A stretch of DNA of 64,000 nucleotides from an uncultured archaeon. Lineage in GTDB: Archaea; Asgardarchaeota; Lokiarchaeia; Sigyniarchaeales; SOKP01. The notes under the pieces are model-generated. The model did no database searches. It was not told the origin of the DNA and saw only the letters and a program-made list of their open reading frames with translations. A program made the position numbers and the translations under genes. Each line of letters begins with the position of its first letter. The first letter of the stretch is position 1. Below are positions 50,405-59,937 of this stretch, in pieces. The DNA lies in assembly GCA_964486045.1 (NCBI GenBank), contig CAZALK010000001.1, positions 160,001 through 224,000 on the forward strand, in the 5' to 3' direction.

Positions 50405-50551
50405 ATGTCTAATAGAAATTATGGTAATAGAGAGATGCATAAAGCCACTTGTGCCGACTGCGGAAACGAGTGCGAAGTTCCATTTAAGCCTACGGAAGGC
50501 AGACCTGTTTATTGTCGAGACTGTTTTAGAAAGCAGAGAGATAAAAGATAA
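50405..50551 (+). CDS. CxxC-x17-CxxC zinc-ribbon protein (48 aa)
   Basis: Not in ORF track. MSNRNYGNREMHKATCADCGNECEVPFKPTEGRPVYCRDCFRKQRDKR; GGTGA SD; canonical CCAAGG-TTTATTAA promoter at 50315. Confidence 0.92.
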   Translation: MSNRNYGNREMHKATCADCGNECEVPFKPTEGRPVYCRDCFRKQRDKR

Positions 50552-50684
50552 TTAATTCTCTTTTTTCTAAGTTTTGGTTACAACCAGAACCTTATTTTCT
50601 ACTTTATCGAGTAATGATTCTTTTTTTTTATTTTTTTTTTAACCTCAGGTCTAATATAGTAAGTTGATGAAATTTTAATTTATA

Positions 50685-50864
50685 CTAATCGTGGTGATGA
50701 TATTTATCATCGTCTTCGATATAGTCTTTCTCTTCATCATTCCAATTTCCATCATTATATTCTTCTTTATCGTAATCATCTCCATCGTCTTGGATACCGT
50801 CGTGGTCGTGGTTTAATCCATATTTCTTTTTAGATTTATTTAAATCCTTTTTTTCCATAGTCAT
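50685..50864 (-). CDS. 59-aa Asp/His-rich small protein
   Basis: Not in ORF track. MTMEKKDLNKSKKKYGLNHDHDGIQDDGDDYDKEEYNDGNWNDEEKDYIEDDDKYHHHD; AAAGGA upstream. Confidence 0.6.
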   Translation of the reverse strand: MTMEKKDLNKSKKKYGLNHDHDGIQDDGDDYDKEEYNDGNWNDEEKDYIEDDDKYHHHD

Positions 50865-51349
50865 TCCTTTGTTTTTTAATTTCTATTTAACCAGTCTACA
50901 AATAAATTTTGATATTATTAAAATTTTCTATTTTAATTTAAAGAGATTTCATTAAAATTATGATAGACTTGTAGATGCCTCATATGAAATGTCGTGGATT
51001 TGTTGATAACTTCAAAGTAGATAATATCTAGATGTTGGAATTTTCTTTTTACTTTATATTAGGTTTAAAAATAAAAATTTCTTCAACTAAATCTTTCATT
51101 ATCATATTGTTCCTTATCATTATTAATTTCTAATTTAGAACTAGACCATCTATGGATCAATTCATAACATAATTCAAATTTTAATAATGAACACATTGTT
51201 CATATTGTAATAGATAAAGTAAACGATTTCGAGAGGGATATTTAAAATTAAATAAATATTAATTCGCTCAGCAAGGCGTAAACTATATGAACTAAGAAAA
51301 TTGAGAACTAGAATTTAATTCTGTATAATTAGTGGACATAATAATCCTA

Positions 51350-51580
51350 TCAGGAATTCTTTTTGGCTTCAGGAATTAACACGATAAAATTACTACCTTT
51401 AGAATGGTCCCCTTTAATTCGGTCTTCAACCCATATCTTTCCCTTGTACAACTTAATGATTTCAGTAATAAACGACAATCCGATCCCCATACCCTTCTCT
51501 CCTTTCAGTTCTTTATACCCCTCTAGGAAGATTTTCTCTTTTTTGAAGCCTTGAACTCCTATCCCATTATCACTGAATTT
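51350..51580 (-). pseudogene. 3' fragment of a histidine kinase (HATPase_c)
   Basis: FSDNGIG...KIF...GMGIGLS..IIKLYKGKIWVEDR...GSNF; H and N boxes missing. Confidence 0.85.
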
Positions 51581-51825
51581 TTGATCGTATAAAAGTCAAG
51601 GAAAATACCATCCTGATAAACCCCGTTGAAAATTTTTTAGTATGCTATGTCATTAAGGGTCAGTCGTATCCCGCCTTGCAGAAATTAGCACGCTTTACAG
51701 AAGCTTTAAGAGAAAATTCGGAAATCTGGCAGGCCCTCAATAAATCGGTAAAAACTAGTGAAATATTAGAACTCGATAAGCCCCCCGCGCTCAAAACAGT
51801 GATTGATGAGATTTTTACTCAATGA
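51580..51825 (+). pseudogene. 3' fragment of a longin-like C-terminal domain gene
   Basis: DRIKVKENTILINPVENFLVCYVIKGQSYPALQKL..F...IWQAL...DEIF; no start codon. Confidence 0.7.
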
Positions 51826-52002
51826 ATTTTCAGGCTTAGAGAAATACTTAAAAACATCTTTTTATCTTTTCCTTCTTTTTTGGTGAGAGATAATTCTTGT
51901 TTTAAAATTAATTAATCACAATCACTACAAAAGGCTTTTAATGAAAGCATGGGATCAAAGTTGAAACGATTAACTTAAAAGAAAATTAATCTTCAATTCT
52001 AA

Positions 52003-52019
52003 TTTTTTCTTTATAAATA
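52003..52019 (+). promoter_or_regulatory. T-run/TATA promoter element (membrane DNA-transfer-like operon)
   Basis: TTTTTTCTTTATAAATA, 35 nt from ATG 52045. Confidence 0.75.
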
Positions 52020-52044
52020 CTCATTTTTTATGTCATAGATAAAG

Positions 52045-54183
52045 ATGACACTTGAAAGTGAGTTAAAGCGTAAAAAAGAAAGTTTGAAGTTCTTCTACCA
52101 AATGGCCCAAGAAGCGTTAGATGCTGATGACTTAGAACAAGCAATCGAAATATCAGCAAAAGGTCTCGAAGAAGCAGAATTGAAAGAACAAGATGAATGG
52201 GCGGAAAAATTTGAAGAATTAAATTCTCAAGTAGAGTCAGCTAAAGAAGCCACCTCTTTAAATACTACCATAGTACGAGAAGATATTACAGTGATTAAAG
52301 GTGTTGGAAAATCTGTTGCAGAAAAACTAAAGGGTGGTGGATTTCATTCTGTTAGAGTAATTGCTGAGGCAACTATCACCCAACTTACTAATATACCGGG
52401 AATTGGTCAGAAAACAGCCGAGAAAATTAATGAGGGGGCGAATGAGCTAATCTCAAGAAAAAATCTTAATGATTTTCCCGAGGATAGTGATATTGAAAGA
52501 TCACAACCAGTGGATGAAATCCCCAGAGCCGAGGAGAATGATTTAGAGGAGAATAATAGAGAAGAACCGGAGCCTGTAAAAAACTCCACTATAGTAGAAA
52601 GCGTTGTAGATAATATTGAACAGGAAAACACACAAAAGGCTTCATTTCCGTGGTTTGAGGAGAAACTCAAAATTAAGAGATCAGCAGTCTCTCAGAAAAC
52701 AAAGGTGAAATCTAATAAAAAAGTTGTATATGAAGAAGTTGTTGATGATTTAACTTCAGACTCTGAATACGATATAGATAATGGTAATATAGAGGATGAA
52801 AACACAATAGGGGTTGAAGATAATACTATTGAAAGTACATTCCACAAAAATCCAGTAGCACAAGATACTATTAACCTTAATGATAGAACTCAAGGTGTTT
52901 TTCGAGAAACAAGCGTTCAGGAACATTCTTCTCCGCAATTAACTCAGAAGATTACACCCCAATCAGAAGAACAGTTACTGTCTTCCGAGAAAAAAGAGAA
53001 TATTGAAAATATCATTCATTCATTACGGGAATCGGGATTTCATATTATAGAGAAAGTAAGGTTATTGAAGGATTTATCAATGAATAGTGATCTCATTGCT
53101 TTGAAGATTATTCACGCGAATGAATTTTTAGATTTGGTGCTAATTCTTCCCATCAAGGTGAGTAACTTGAAAGGAGAAATTAAAATTTCAAATAAACAAG
53201 TAAAATACATCCCGCTTAACGATACATTCAATAAAAATGGCTCTTCCTTCCGGTTGGAATTAAACTCAACTATTAATGACCTCGGAGAAGTGTATAGTGC
53301 GATGCGAGATGACATAATAAGTGAAGGAAAATTGCTTTCTTACCTTAGAAAACAGCTTAAAGTAGACATCTCTATTGAAAAATCCATGACCAAAAAAAAT
53401 CTATTCTTTCGTGCTGGTCCACTTCAATATAAAATATTCATTGAACCACTCTTAGTGTGCAATAATAACGTTGGGTTTCTAGAGAAGATGCTTCCTTTCC
53501 CCTATCTTAAAGATATAAACCTTCATATCATCAATTCCCCCCAATTACCAAACTTTCTTACTTATCTGGAGGAGAAGTTTACACTTCTTGAGGAACATTC
53601 CAATCATAAAAATTCATTAATTTCTTATGAAGATTCCTTTAATCAGTTCTTACAAACTGGGAAGAAATTATCAGTTCCTTTTATAGCATTCGGAATAACA
53701 TTACTAATGTTGGTTTTGTTTCAATTAGTTAACTTGCTGGAATTGGTGGTTAACATTGGATATGCCTTACTTGGAGTCTATTCGACCTCACTAATTTACT
53801 TCTACATCAAATTTTTTAAGACGAAACTTGAAATTCAGACCGAATTTGGAATTCCGCATCATCAAAAAAAGGTAGAAATAGATGATCCAGGGTTAATTAT
53901 AATTAGTGAGGCCTTCTCTGCTGACCTAATGGAGCAATTTGTGTTTGAATGTTTAGGAAAAAACCCAGACTCGTCCTTTATCCAGAAAATTGAGGAGGCA
54001 CACATCAAAGAGAGGTTAAATAACAAAGCAAAAGCAATAGAAATCAAGAATGAGAATTTATTTGAGAAACAAGACGAACTAACCGGTGAAGAAGGACTAG
54101 AATACAACAAAGAGGAAACCGAGTTCCAATTAGAAGAAGACGAGGAGATTTTCCAAAAATATGGATCGTTTTTAGAGGATTGA
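52045..54183 (+). CDS. membrane-anchored protein with tandem HhH DNA-binding motifs, acidic linker, nuclease-like fold and 2 TMs
   Basis: IKGVGKSVAEKL and IPGIGQKTAEKI; L..SGF.II...DLIALK; TM pair near the C-terminus. Confidence 0.7.
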   Translation: MTLESELKRKKESLKFFYQMAQEALDADDLEQAIEISAKGLEEAELKEQDEWAEKFEELNSQVESAKEATSLNTTIVREDITVIKGVGKSVAEKLKGGGFHSVRVIAEATITQLTNIPGIGQKTAEKINEGANELISRKNLNDFPEDSDIERSQPVDEIPRAEENDLEENNREEPEPVKNSTIVESVVDNIEQENTQKASFPWFEEKLKIKRSAVSQKTKVKSNKKVVYEEVVDDLTSDSEYDIDNGNIEDENTIGVEDNTIESTFHKNPVAQDTINLNDRTQGVFRETSVQEHSSPQLTQKITPQSEEQLLSSEKKENIENIIHSLRESGFHIIEKVRLLKDLSMNSDLIALKIIHANEFLDLVLILPIKVSNLKGEIKISNKQVKYIPLNDTFNKNGSSFRLELNSTINDLGEVYSAMRDDIISEGKLLSYLRKQLKVDISIEKSMTKKNLFFRAGPLQYKIFIEPLLVCNNNVGFLEKMLPFPYLKDINLHIINSPQLPNFLTYLEEKFTLLEEHSNHKNSLISYEDSFNQFLQTGKKLSVPFIAFGITLLMLVLFQLVNLLELVVNIGYALLGVYSTSLIYFYIKFFKTKLEIQTEFGIPHHQKKVEIDDPGLIIISEAFSADLMEQFVFECLGKNPDSSFIQKIEEAHIKERLNNKAKAIEIKNENLFEKQDELTGEEGLEYNKEETEFQLEEDEEIFQKYGSFLED

Positions 54184-54184
54184 A

Positions 54185-54844
54185 ATGAAAGTATCACTGC
54201 CTATCTGTTTTAAAATTGTATTTCTTGCAGGGATAACTCTCCTCTTTGTTACTTTATTTGTAGATTGGTATACCTTTCAAGTGTTTGATGATGATATATT
54301 AGTAGCCTCTTGGGACTATAATCTTTTTTTCGAGTGGACAACTGAATTCCCTTCAGGTATTATAGTAAACGAAAGTTATCGTCCTGGAAATTTAAACCTC
54401 CCGCTTGCTCTTCATTTTTTATTTGTTGGAGTCACAATTTTCACTGTTTATACTGTTTTATTGAAAGACCTTGAACATTCTGAGAATTTGATTGCACTTA
54501 AAAGTTATTCACTCGGATTTCTATTTTTACTTGCGTTAGTTCTATTCTATATTGTTATTTTTCCTGTAGCGTATTTATTTCCCAACAATTTATATTTTCC
54601 CTCATTGGTAGATAACAACATTGACTTGGCTATGAAACTTTCTTACGCAATTAGTTATGGGTACGTGTTACAGCTTGTCGGTTTTCTATTAATCTTTCCT
54701 TATTCATTACACTATTATCTTACGATATCTAATTTTGAGAAACAGGAGAATACTGATGAGAAAAGAATTGCGTCTTATATCGAGAACGTGCAAGAAACAA
54801 TCGACCTTGATAAATATATCGCAGAAGAGGAATCGTTATCATGA
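54185..54844 (+). CDS. multi-TM membrane protein
   Basis: Four hydrophobic segments; translationally coupled to neighbours. Confidence 0.75.
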   Translation: MKVSLPICFKIVFLAGITLLFVTLFVDWYTFQVFDDDILVASWDYNLFFEWTTEFPSGIIVNESYRPGNLNLPLALHFLFVGVTIFTVYTVLLKDLEHSENLIALKSYSLGFLFLLALVLFYIVIFPVAYLFPNNLYFPSLVDNNIDLAMKLSYAISYGYVLQLVGFLLIFPYSLHYYLTISNFEKQENTDEKRIASYIENVQETIDLDKYIAEEESLS

Positions 54845-55704
54845 ATAATAACATATTGGATTTAAAATTACAATCGTTAATACACGCTTGTAAAGCTTCT
54901 GGTAATTTCAAAAAATTATCGGTTGTAGGGTTTATTCTTACCAGCAATATCGTTGACGAAATTTCGATAAAGTTAGGCATGCGCCCTCGTCGTAAAAAAG
55001 AGCAAGAAAAACTGTTTGAGTATCTTTCTTTAGTAAATGACGTGTTTGAGAGAAATCTGCAAATTTGCATATTTCATTCGGATCTGGTTAATACGTTAAA
55101 AGAGGTTGAGCTCCTTTTTCTGAAAACGCGGGGTGACCTTCCCTATGAGTATATAAGCCAATTAATAACCTTGTATTATGAACTAAGGAAAATCGAAATT
55201 CCGAATATTCATAAAGGAATGGCAGGCGAGGATTTTTTTGGTAATCCAGGTATGGGTACCCTAAATTTCTTCACTCGACGGGCGAAAGCAAGACAAAAAA
55301 AAGAAAACAAGTTTAAGCCTATCCTCCGCCATACAATAACTGAAAAAGAAAAACAGATCCAAGTCAAGCTAAACAAAAAATTAACCCAATCTGATTTAGA
55401 GATGGCAATCCATCTAAGAAAGATTAAAAGTAGCTTGGATAAAAAAGGGAAGCAAAAGATAATTCTCCAAGGCTCCCTTAAAGACAGTATTATGTATGAA
55501 AGGTCTCAAAGCAAATTAATTGGGTACGTACTTTTAGGTGTGGCGTTACTTACACTGTTATTTGGAAGTGTAGTTCTTGTTGAGACGTTTCTCCTTCCTG
55601 CCACCATGGAGCCACTAAACCATGTAGTATTAATATCATTTGCAGTTGCGTTTTTATTTGTCCTTATTTATCGCAAATATTCTAAAAGAGGAAATATAGC
55701 ATGA
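54841..55704 (+). CDS. basic helical protein with two C-terminal TMs
   Basis: ATGA overlaps at both ends; C-terminal TM hairpin. Confidence 0.75.
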   Translation: MNNNILDLKLQSLIHACKASGNFKKLSVVGFILTSNIVDEISIKLGMRPRRKKEQEKLFEYLSLVNDVFERNLQICIFHSDLVNTLKEVELLFLKTRGDLPYEYISQLITLYYELRKIEIPNIHKGMAGEDFFGNPGMGTLNFFTRRAKARQKKENKFKPILRHTITEKEKQIQVKLNKKLTQSDLEMAIHLRKIKSSLDKKGKQKIILQGSLKDSIMYERSQSKLIGYVLLGVALLTLLFGSVVLVETFLLPATMEPLNHVVLISFAVAFLFVLIYRKYSKRGNIA

Positions 55705-58700
55705 GAGCTCAATATCATAAAAAAGTGGAAACAACACCTCGTAAGAATACTCGGGAGGTAATAATCGAGGAAAAGGATGGTACTCCTTCACCCAAAGAAA
55801 TACCCACAATATGGCGTGTAAATCCTTCCTATACTCATGCCAATAATACAATATCTATCGTGAGAATTATATTAATAGTCGCAATGGGCACCGTATTTAT
55901 TATTGCTACTTATTTATTGGATTTAAATTTGCAGATCTCATTAATTATGGGAGCATGCATTATTGCAGGGTTTGTTTTTGTGTTTTATGATTATATCGAC
56001 GTAGTAAACAATCTTTTTCGCAAGAGAATAATAATCGATCCAATGGAAAATATTATCTCCTTTTGGGAAAAAAACGACCACACAACTATCTTTTTTACCA
56101 ATAAGAAAGATTTAATTCATAACGGAGTTCAGATCTTTCGAGTCGAAGAGATTCCAGAAAATATTCATGCATCGATAAATTTGTTTTTAAAATCTCTAAG
56201 TGAATATAAAAACATGATAAGCTTTACCTATCAAATAGTCCAAACTCCTCAGGTCTATCTGAAAAGGACCGATAGAAACGTAATAGTTAGGGCTACTGAA
56301 GCTCGACGTACAAGTATCTATTTCTGTGTAAGCTATGCTGTCAAAGGAATATTAACTCAACATAAACTAACCCACTTAAAACAAAGGATGCGTTATGTGG
56401 GGGATGTTTTGCGAAATAATTTCACCGGTAATTTTCATCATTTTAAAATAACCCTTCTTTCGGGGGGTAATTTACTCAATGCGTTACGGACCTATTTTTT
56501 TAAGATTCCCCCCCAAGAAGATAATGCTGAACATGAGACTAAAGATAGACGATCCTTTTCCGTTAAATCTCTATTAAAAGCAGTATTTATGTGTTTCTTA
56601 ATTATATACTTGGATTACACCTTGATTCCTTTTGCAATTCCTCTTCTTTATATCGTTCTTATTAATTTCTTAATGATTGTCCTCATTATTTATCTTTGGT
56701 GGCGACAGCTCCTTTTCATTGTAAGAAAAAGACCATTTCCCAAAAATAAATTTGTTTATATTTATCCATTTCGCGGAACCGTTCTTTTTCGTTTTAGAGG
56801 TTACTCTGATACAGTTTTTATGCATGTCGAAAATAAACTTCTGATAGGTCTGAAGATGTTTAACCTTGCATTTAGTTTTCCTCCGGCATATAGCAGATCA
56901 GACAAATTCATTCAAGCTATTATGAATAAGAAAGTATCGTTTGCCTATACCTGTATGAACACTCCCCTTTCTTTTGCCGCATTCTATAAAGATGGAGCAA
57001 AATACCTCAACCAGAAGACAGAAGATAATCTATTTAACACCCGTTTCAGAATTCAAACTAAAATTGAAGCTCTTAATTGGTTGTCAATGAGATCAGGGAT
57101 GTGGCAAACAATTTTAACTATGTCTGTGCATGAATATGAGCTAACCGATTCAATAAGTAAATCAGAAATCGCTAAACTAGCAGAAAAGCTTGAAGAAAAA
57201 GCAGAAGTTCTACGTAGTGCATTTAATATGAATTTTTTTAATTTTGAGCTAATTCGCTTGAGAAGAAGTAAGTTAATTTCTGGAGTGTTATGTGAAATAT
57301 TAAAGACCAAAGATTATTCTTTTTATGGTTCCGGTCTTAATTACCTTCTATTCCAAGGAAAAGCGCTTTTAAACCTTGTCGAAATTGTGGGTGAACTTAA
57401 GAAAGGGATCGAAACAAAAATCGCGGCGGAGTTTAACACCCCTCTTCATTTAGAGAATCATATAACTTTAGGACATACCATTAATACTGAAGTACTGGAA
57501 GAAGAACTTCCTTTTGGATTTACCGAAGACCAAGCACGAAGGTTGATTATTGTAAACGGACTACTTTCCAGTAGAGAACTATTTGCCATCAAAACAGTTT
57601 CTGAATTAGTTAAAAAGAAAATTTCTTCACTTATTTTTGACTTTCGGGGAAATTGGTCGGTCTTAATTGAACGATTTAAAGGAACACCCCTTGAAAAAGA
57701 CTTTCTCCACTTTAAGCTGGGAAGTGCCTTTACCCTTGATCCTCTAAAATCAGATATACCTTATGACACCGATAACATAGGTTTCTTAAACTATATGTTT
57801 GATGCCTATTCTCTGGCGTTTCGGAAAGATCAAAAAACGGTTGAGATGATACGAAACACCATCATACGTAATCCTAATATGGATACTTCTTCATTAAACT
57901 TGGGTTTAATCAATCAGAATACATGGGAGAAAAGCCCTGGAAGTGATGCCCTTCTTGTGTTGTTCAGCGATTTTACTGAGCAAGACTTACCTTATTTACA
58001 CCTCTCAACATCAGCCCAAACAGGAGGGGTAACCTTTAAAGATTTTATTAACAGTGAAAAAACAGTCATTATTGATCTTTCCATAACTAATGATTATCGA
58101 AAACAAATATTCTTCGTATTTTTAATCCTGTCAAAGATCATCCACTATCTTAACTCCTCAGGAGAATATCAAGAAAAAGTAGTTGTTATTCCTCATACTG
58201 ATATTTTCTTCGATAGTATTTTTATCGATAAATTTACTAATTATGGGAAAATAAATAAGTTCTTAGATCCACTTATCGAAAAAGGATTTGGGTTAATATT
58301 CTCGGCAAACCAAACCCATTATTTGCACAACAACCTTGTTTCCTTTTTCAATAATATAATAGCGTTTAATACCAAAGACTCTCGTGATATAGCTGCAATC
58401 AGCAATGTTATGGGACTTCAAGAATTACAAGGAATTGGGTATTACTCAAAATCCAGGAATCAAACCTATCAGTTTAAATATCTAATGGCAATGAAAAATA
58501 ATGAGGCCGTCGTTAAACGAGAAGATAATTACCAACCCTTTCCAGTGCAATTGGAATGGAAAGATATTAAAAACAGTCCTATCATGGAAGAAAATGAGTT
58601 ATTCGATTATATGAAATCTCAAGGCTATGACCTTAGAGACACGGAAAAGAAAATACGGGAGCAATCTCGTAAAACCATCTTTCAAAAAGATTTAGGAATC

Positions 58701-59492
58701 TACTCTGGATTTATTGCGGAGGCAAAACAGTTTTTAGATGCGTTAAGAACTGTCGAACAGGTTGGGAATTTATATGAAAAACGAGTAAAAAAAGAATTAA
58801 AAACTTATATTTTCCCTAAAGCTTCAAAAATTTATAAAGATAAAGCAGAAATCAAGAAATGCCGTGATGAGATTTTTAGTATATTGATTAAGTTTGGTTA
58901 TCTAGTAGAAGATCATCCAACTAGAGCTAGTGGCTCAGAATCAGTAAGAACTTCTTACTCTGTCGGGGATCATTATGATAAAGCTTTAGACGACGAATTT
59001 GAAACTAAACAGCCCTATAGAATTGAGTCTTTAGATCTTGAAGCAGTCACCCCCCAATCTCCTGACTTTGTTGAAGCTCAAAAAAGAACCTATATTATTA
59101 GGCAGAAAAGTCTTAAAAAAGCGCTTGCTCGGGAGTTTAGTAATTTTCTCTTCGAGCTATTTAACGTCTATGAATTTATTACTCATAAGCAATATAAAAA
59201 TGCGTTAAAAGTCGAACATAACCTTGTACGCAGGTTCCTTATAGAAGTGTATACACATTACTTTAATGCCAATTATTTAATAACCACTAAAGATCTTACT
59301 GAATTTATATCCCATCTCGTAGCTGAGACAGAGATACCTTTTTCAGAGGAAGAGCTCATAAGTTACTTAGAACGATACCAAGTTATCGATTTTGACCATT
59401 CTGATATACAATCACTTGCAAACGAGATTTATGAGTTTATTTCAGTATTTTTTGATAAAATTCAGTTATTCATGTATAAAGATGAGGAGTGA
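55701..59492 (+). CDS. membrane-bound VirB4/HerA/FtsK-superfamily protein with degenerate Walker motifs
   Basis: Two TM pairs, then IIVNG(LLSSRE), LIFDFRGNW, F.LDPL, VIIDLS, GFGLIFSANQ, NIIAFN..D, NEAVV...P. Confidence 0.68.
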   Translation: MRAQYHKKVETTPRKNTREVIIEEKDGTPSPKEIPTIWRVNPSYTHANNTISIVRIILIVAMGTVFIIATYLLDLNLQISLIMGACIIAGFVFVFYDYIDVVNNLFRKRIIIDPMENIISFWEKNDHTTIFFTNKKDLIHNGVQIFRVEEIPENIHASINLFLKSLSEYKNMISFTYQIVQTPQVYLKRTDRNVIVRATEARRTSIYFCVSYAVKGILTQHKLTHLKQRMRYVGDVLRNNFTGNFHHFKITLLSGGNLLNALRTYFFKIPPQEDNAEHETKDRRSFSVKSLLKAVFMCFLIIYLDYTLIPFAIPLLYIVLINFLMIVLIIYLWWRQLLFIVRKRPFPKNKFVYIYPFRGTVLFRFRGYSDTVFMHVENKLLIGLKMFNLAFSFPPAYSRSDKFIQAIMNKKVSFAYTCMNTPLSFAAFYKDGAKYLNQKTEDNLFNTRFRIQTKIEALNWLSMRSGMWQTILTMSVHEYELTDSISKSEIAKLAEKLEEKAEVLRSAFNMNFFNFELIRLRRSKLISGVLCEILKTKDYSFYGSGLNYLLFQGKALLNLVEIVGELKKGIETKIAAEFNTPLHLENHITLGHTINTEVLEEELPFGFTEDQARRLIIVNGLLSSRELFAIKTVSELVKKKISSLIFDFRGNWSVLIERFKGTPLEKDFLHFKLGSAFTLDPLKSDIPYDTDNIGFLNYMFDAYSLAFRKDQKTVEMIRNTIIRNPNMDTSSLNLGLINQNTWEKSPGSDALLVLFSDFTEQDLPYLHLSTSAQTGGVTFKDFINSEKTVIIDLSITNDYRKQIFFVFLILSKIIHYLNSSGEYQEKVVVIPHTDIFFDSIFIDKFTNYGKINKFLDPLIEKGFGLIFSANQTHYLHNNLVSFFNNIIAFNTKDSRDIAAISNVMGLQELQGIGYYSKSRNQTYQFKYLMAMKNNEAVVKREDNYQPFPVQLEWKDIKNSPIMEENELFDYMKSQGYDLRDTEKKIREQSRKTIFQKDLGIYSGFIAEAKQFLDALRTVEQVGNLYEKRVKKELKTYIFPKASKIYKDKAEIKKCRDEIFSILIKFGYLVEDHPTRASGSESVRTSYSVGDHYDKALDDEFETKQPYRIESLDLEAVTPQSPDFVEAQKRTYIIRQKSLKKALAREFSNFLFELFNVYEFITHKQYKNALKVEHNLVRRFLIEVYTHYFNANYLITTKDLTEFISHLVAETEIPFSEEELISYLERYQVIDFDHSDIQSLANEIYEFISVFFDKIQLFMYKDEE

Positions 59493-59848
59493 TAATGAGC
59501 GTTAGCAAAAACCAAAAAACTCTGTTGATAGAAATGGTTGAGGAGATCCTGCTTAACGAAGGTGAGCTTGAAACTTTGAAACTTCTTATTAATGATCTAA
59601 GCACGGGAAAAATTGATTCAAAACAACTAAAAATCGCAATCATTAAGAGTAGAGCAAATGCTTTAGAACGAATTATTGATATATTCCCTTTTTATCATAA
59701 AAGAATACTAAACCAAAAAGAAATCGATAATTTTGCTACAGATAATAATACTCCTCCTGAAGCACTCCTAGAATTAGAAGAAAAAAACAAGTTTCTCGAA
59801 GAGATCGGAATCAGGATAAATAAAATTGTAAGTAATTTGAGCACTTAA
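59489..59848 (+). CDS. hypothetical helical protein
   Basis: GTGA overlap with the preceding gene. Confidence 0.65.
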   Translation: MIMSVSKNQKTLLIEMVEEILLNEGELETLKLLINDLSTGKIDSKQLKIAIIKSRANALERIIDIFPFYHKRILNQKEIDNFATDNNTPPEALLELEEKNKFLEEIGIRINKIVSNLST

Positions 59849-59878
59849 AATCCTATTTTTTCTGCGTTTTATGGTTTC

Positions 59879-59916
59879 TATATAAAGGAAAAATTTCGAG
59901 CTTTTTTGTTTATATA
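59879..59916. promoter_or_regulatory. back-to-back pair of T-run/TATA elements
   Basis: Minus TTTTTCCTTTATATA (59879-59893, antisense to the upstream operon) and plus TTTTTTGTTTATATA (59902-59916, 29 nt from ATG 59938). Confidence 0.65.
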
Positions 59917-59937
59917 TCTCTACCCAATGTAATTTTA

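Noticed and set aside
51363-51554. 63-aa plus-strand ORF
   Set aside because: Antisense shadow of the histidine kinase fragment.
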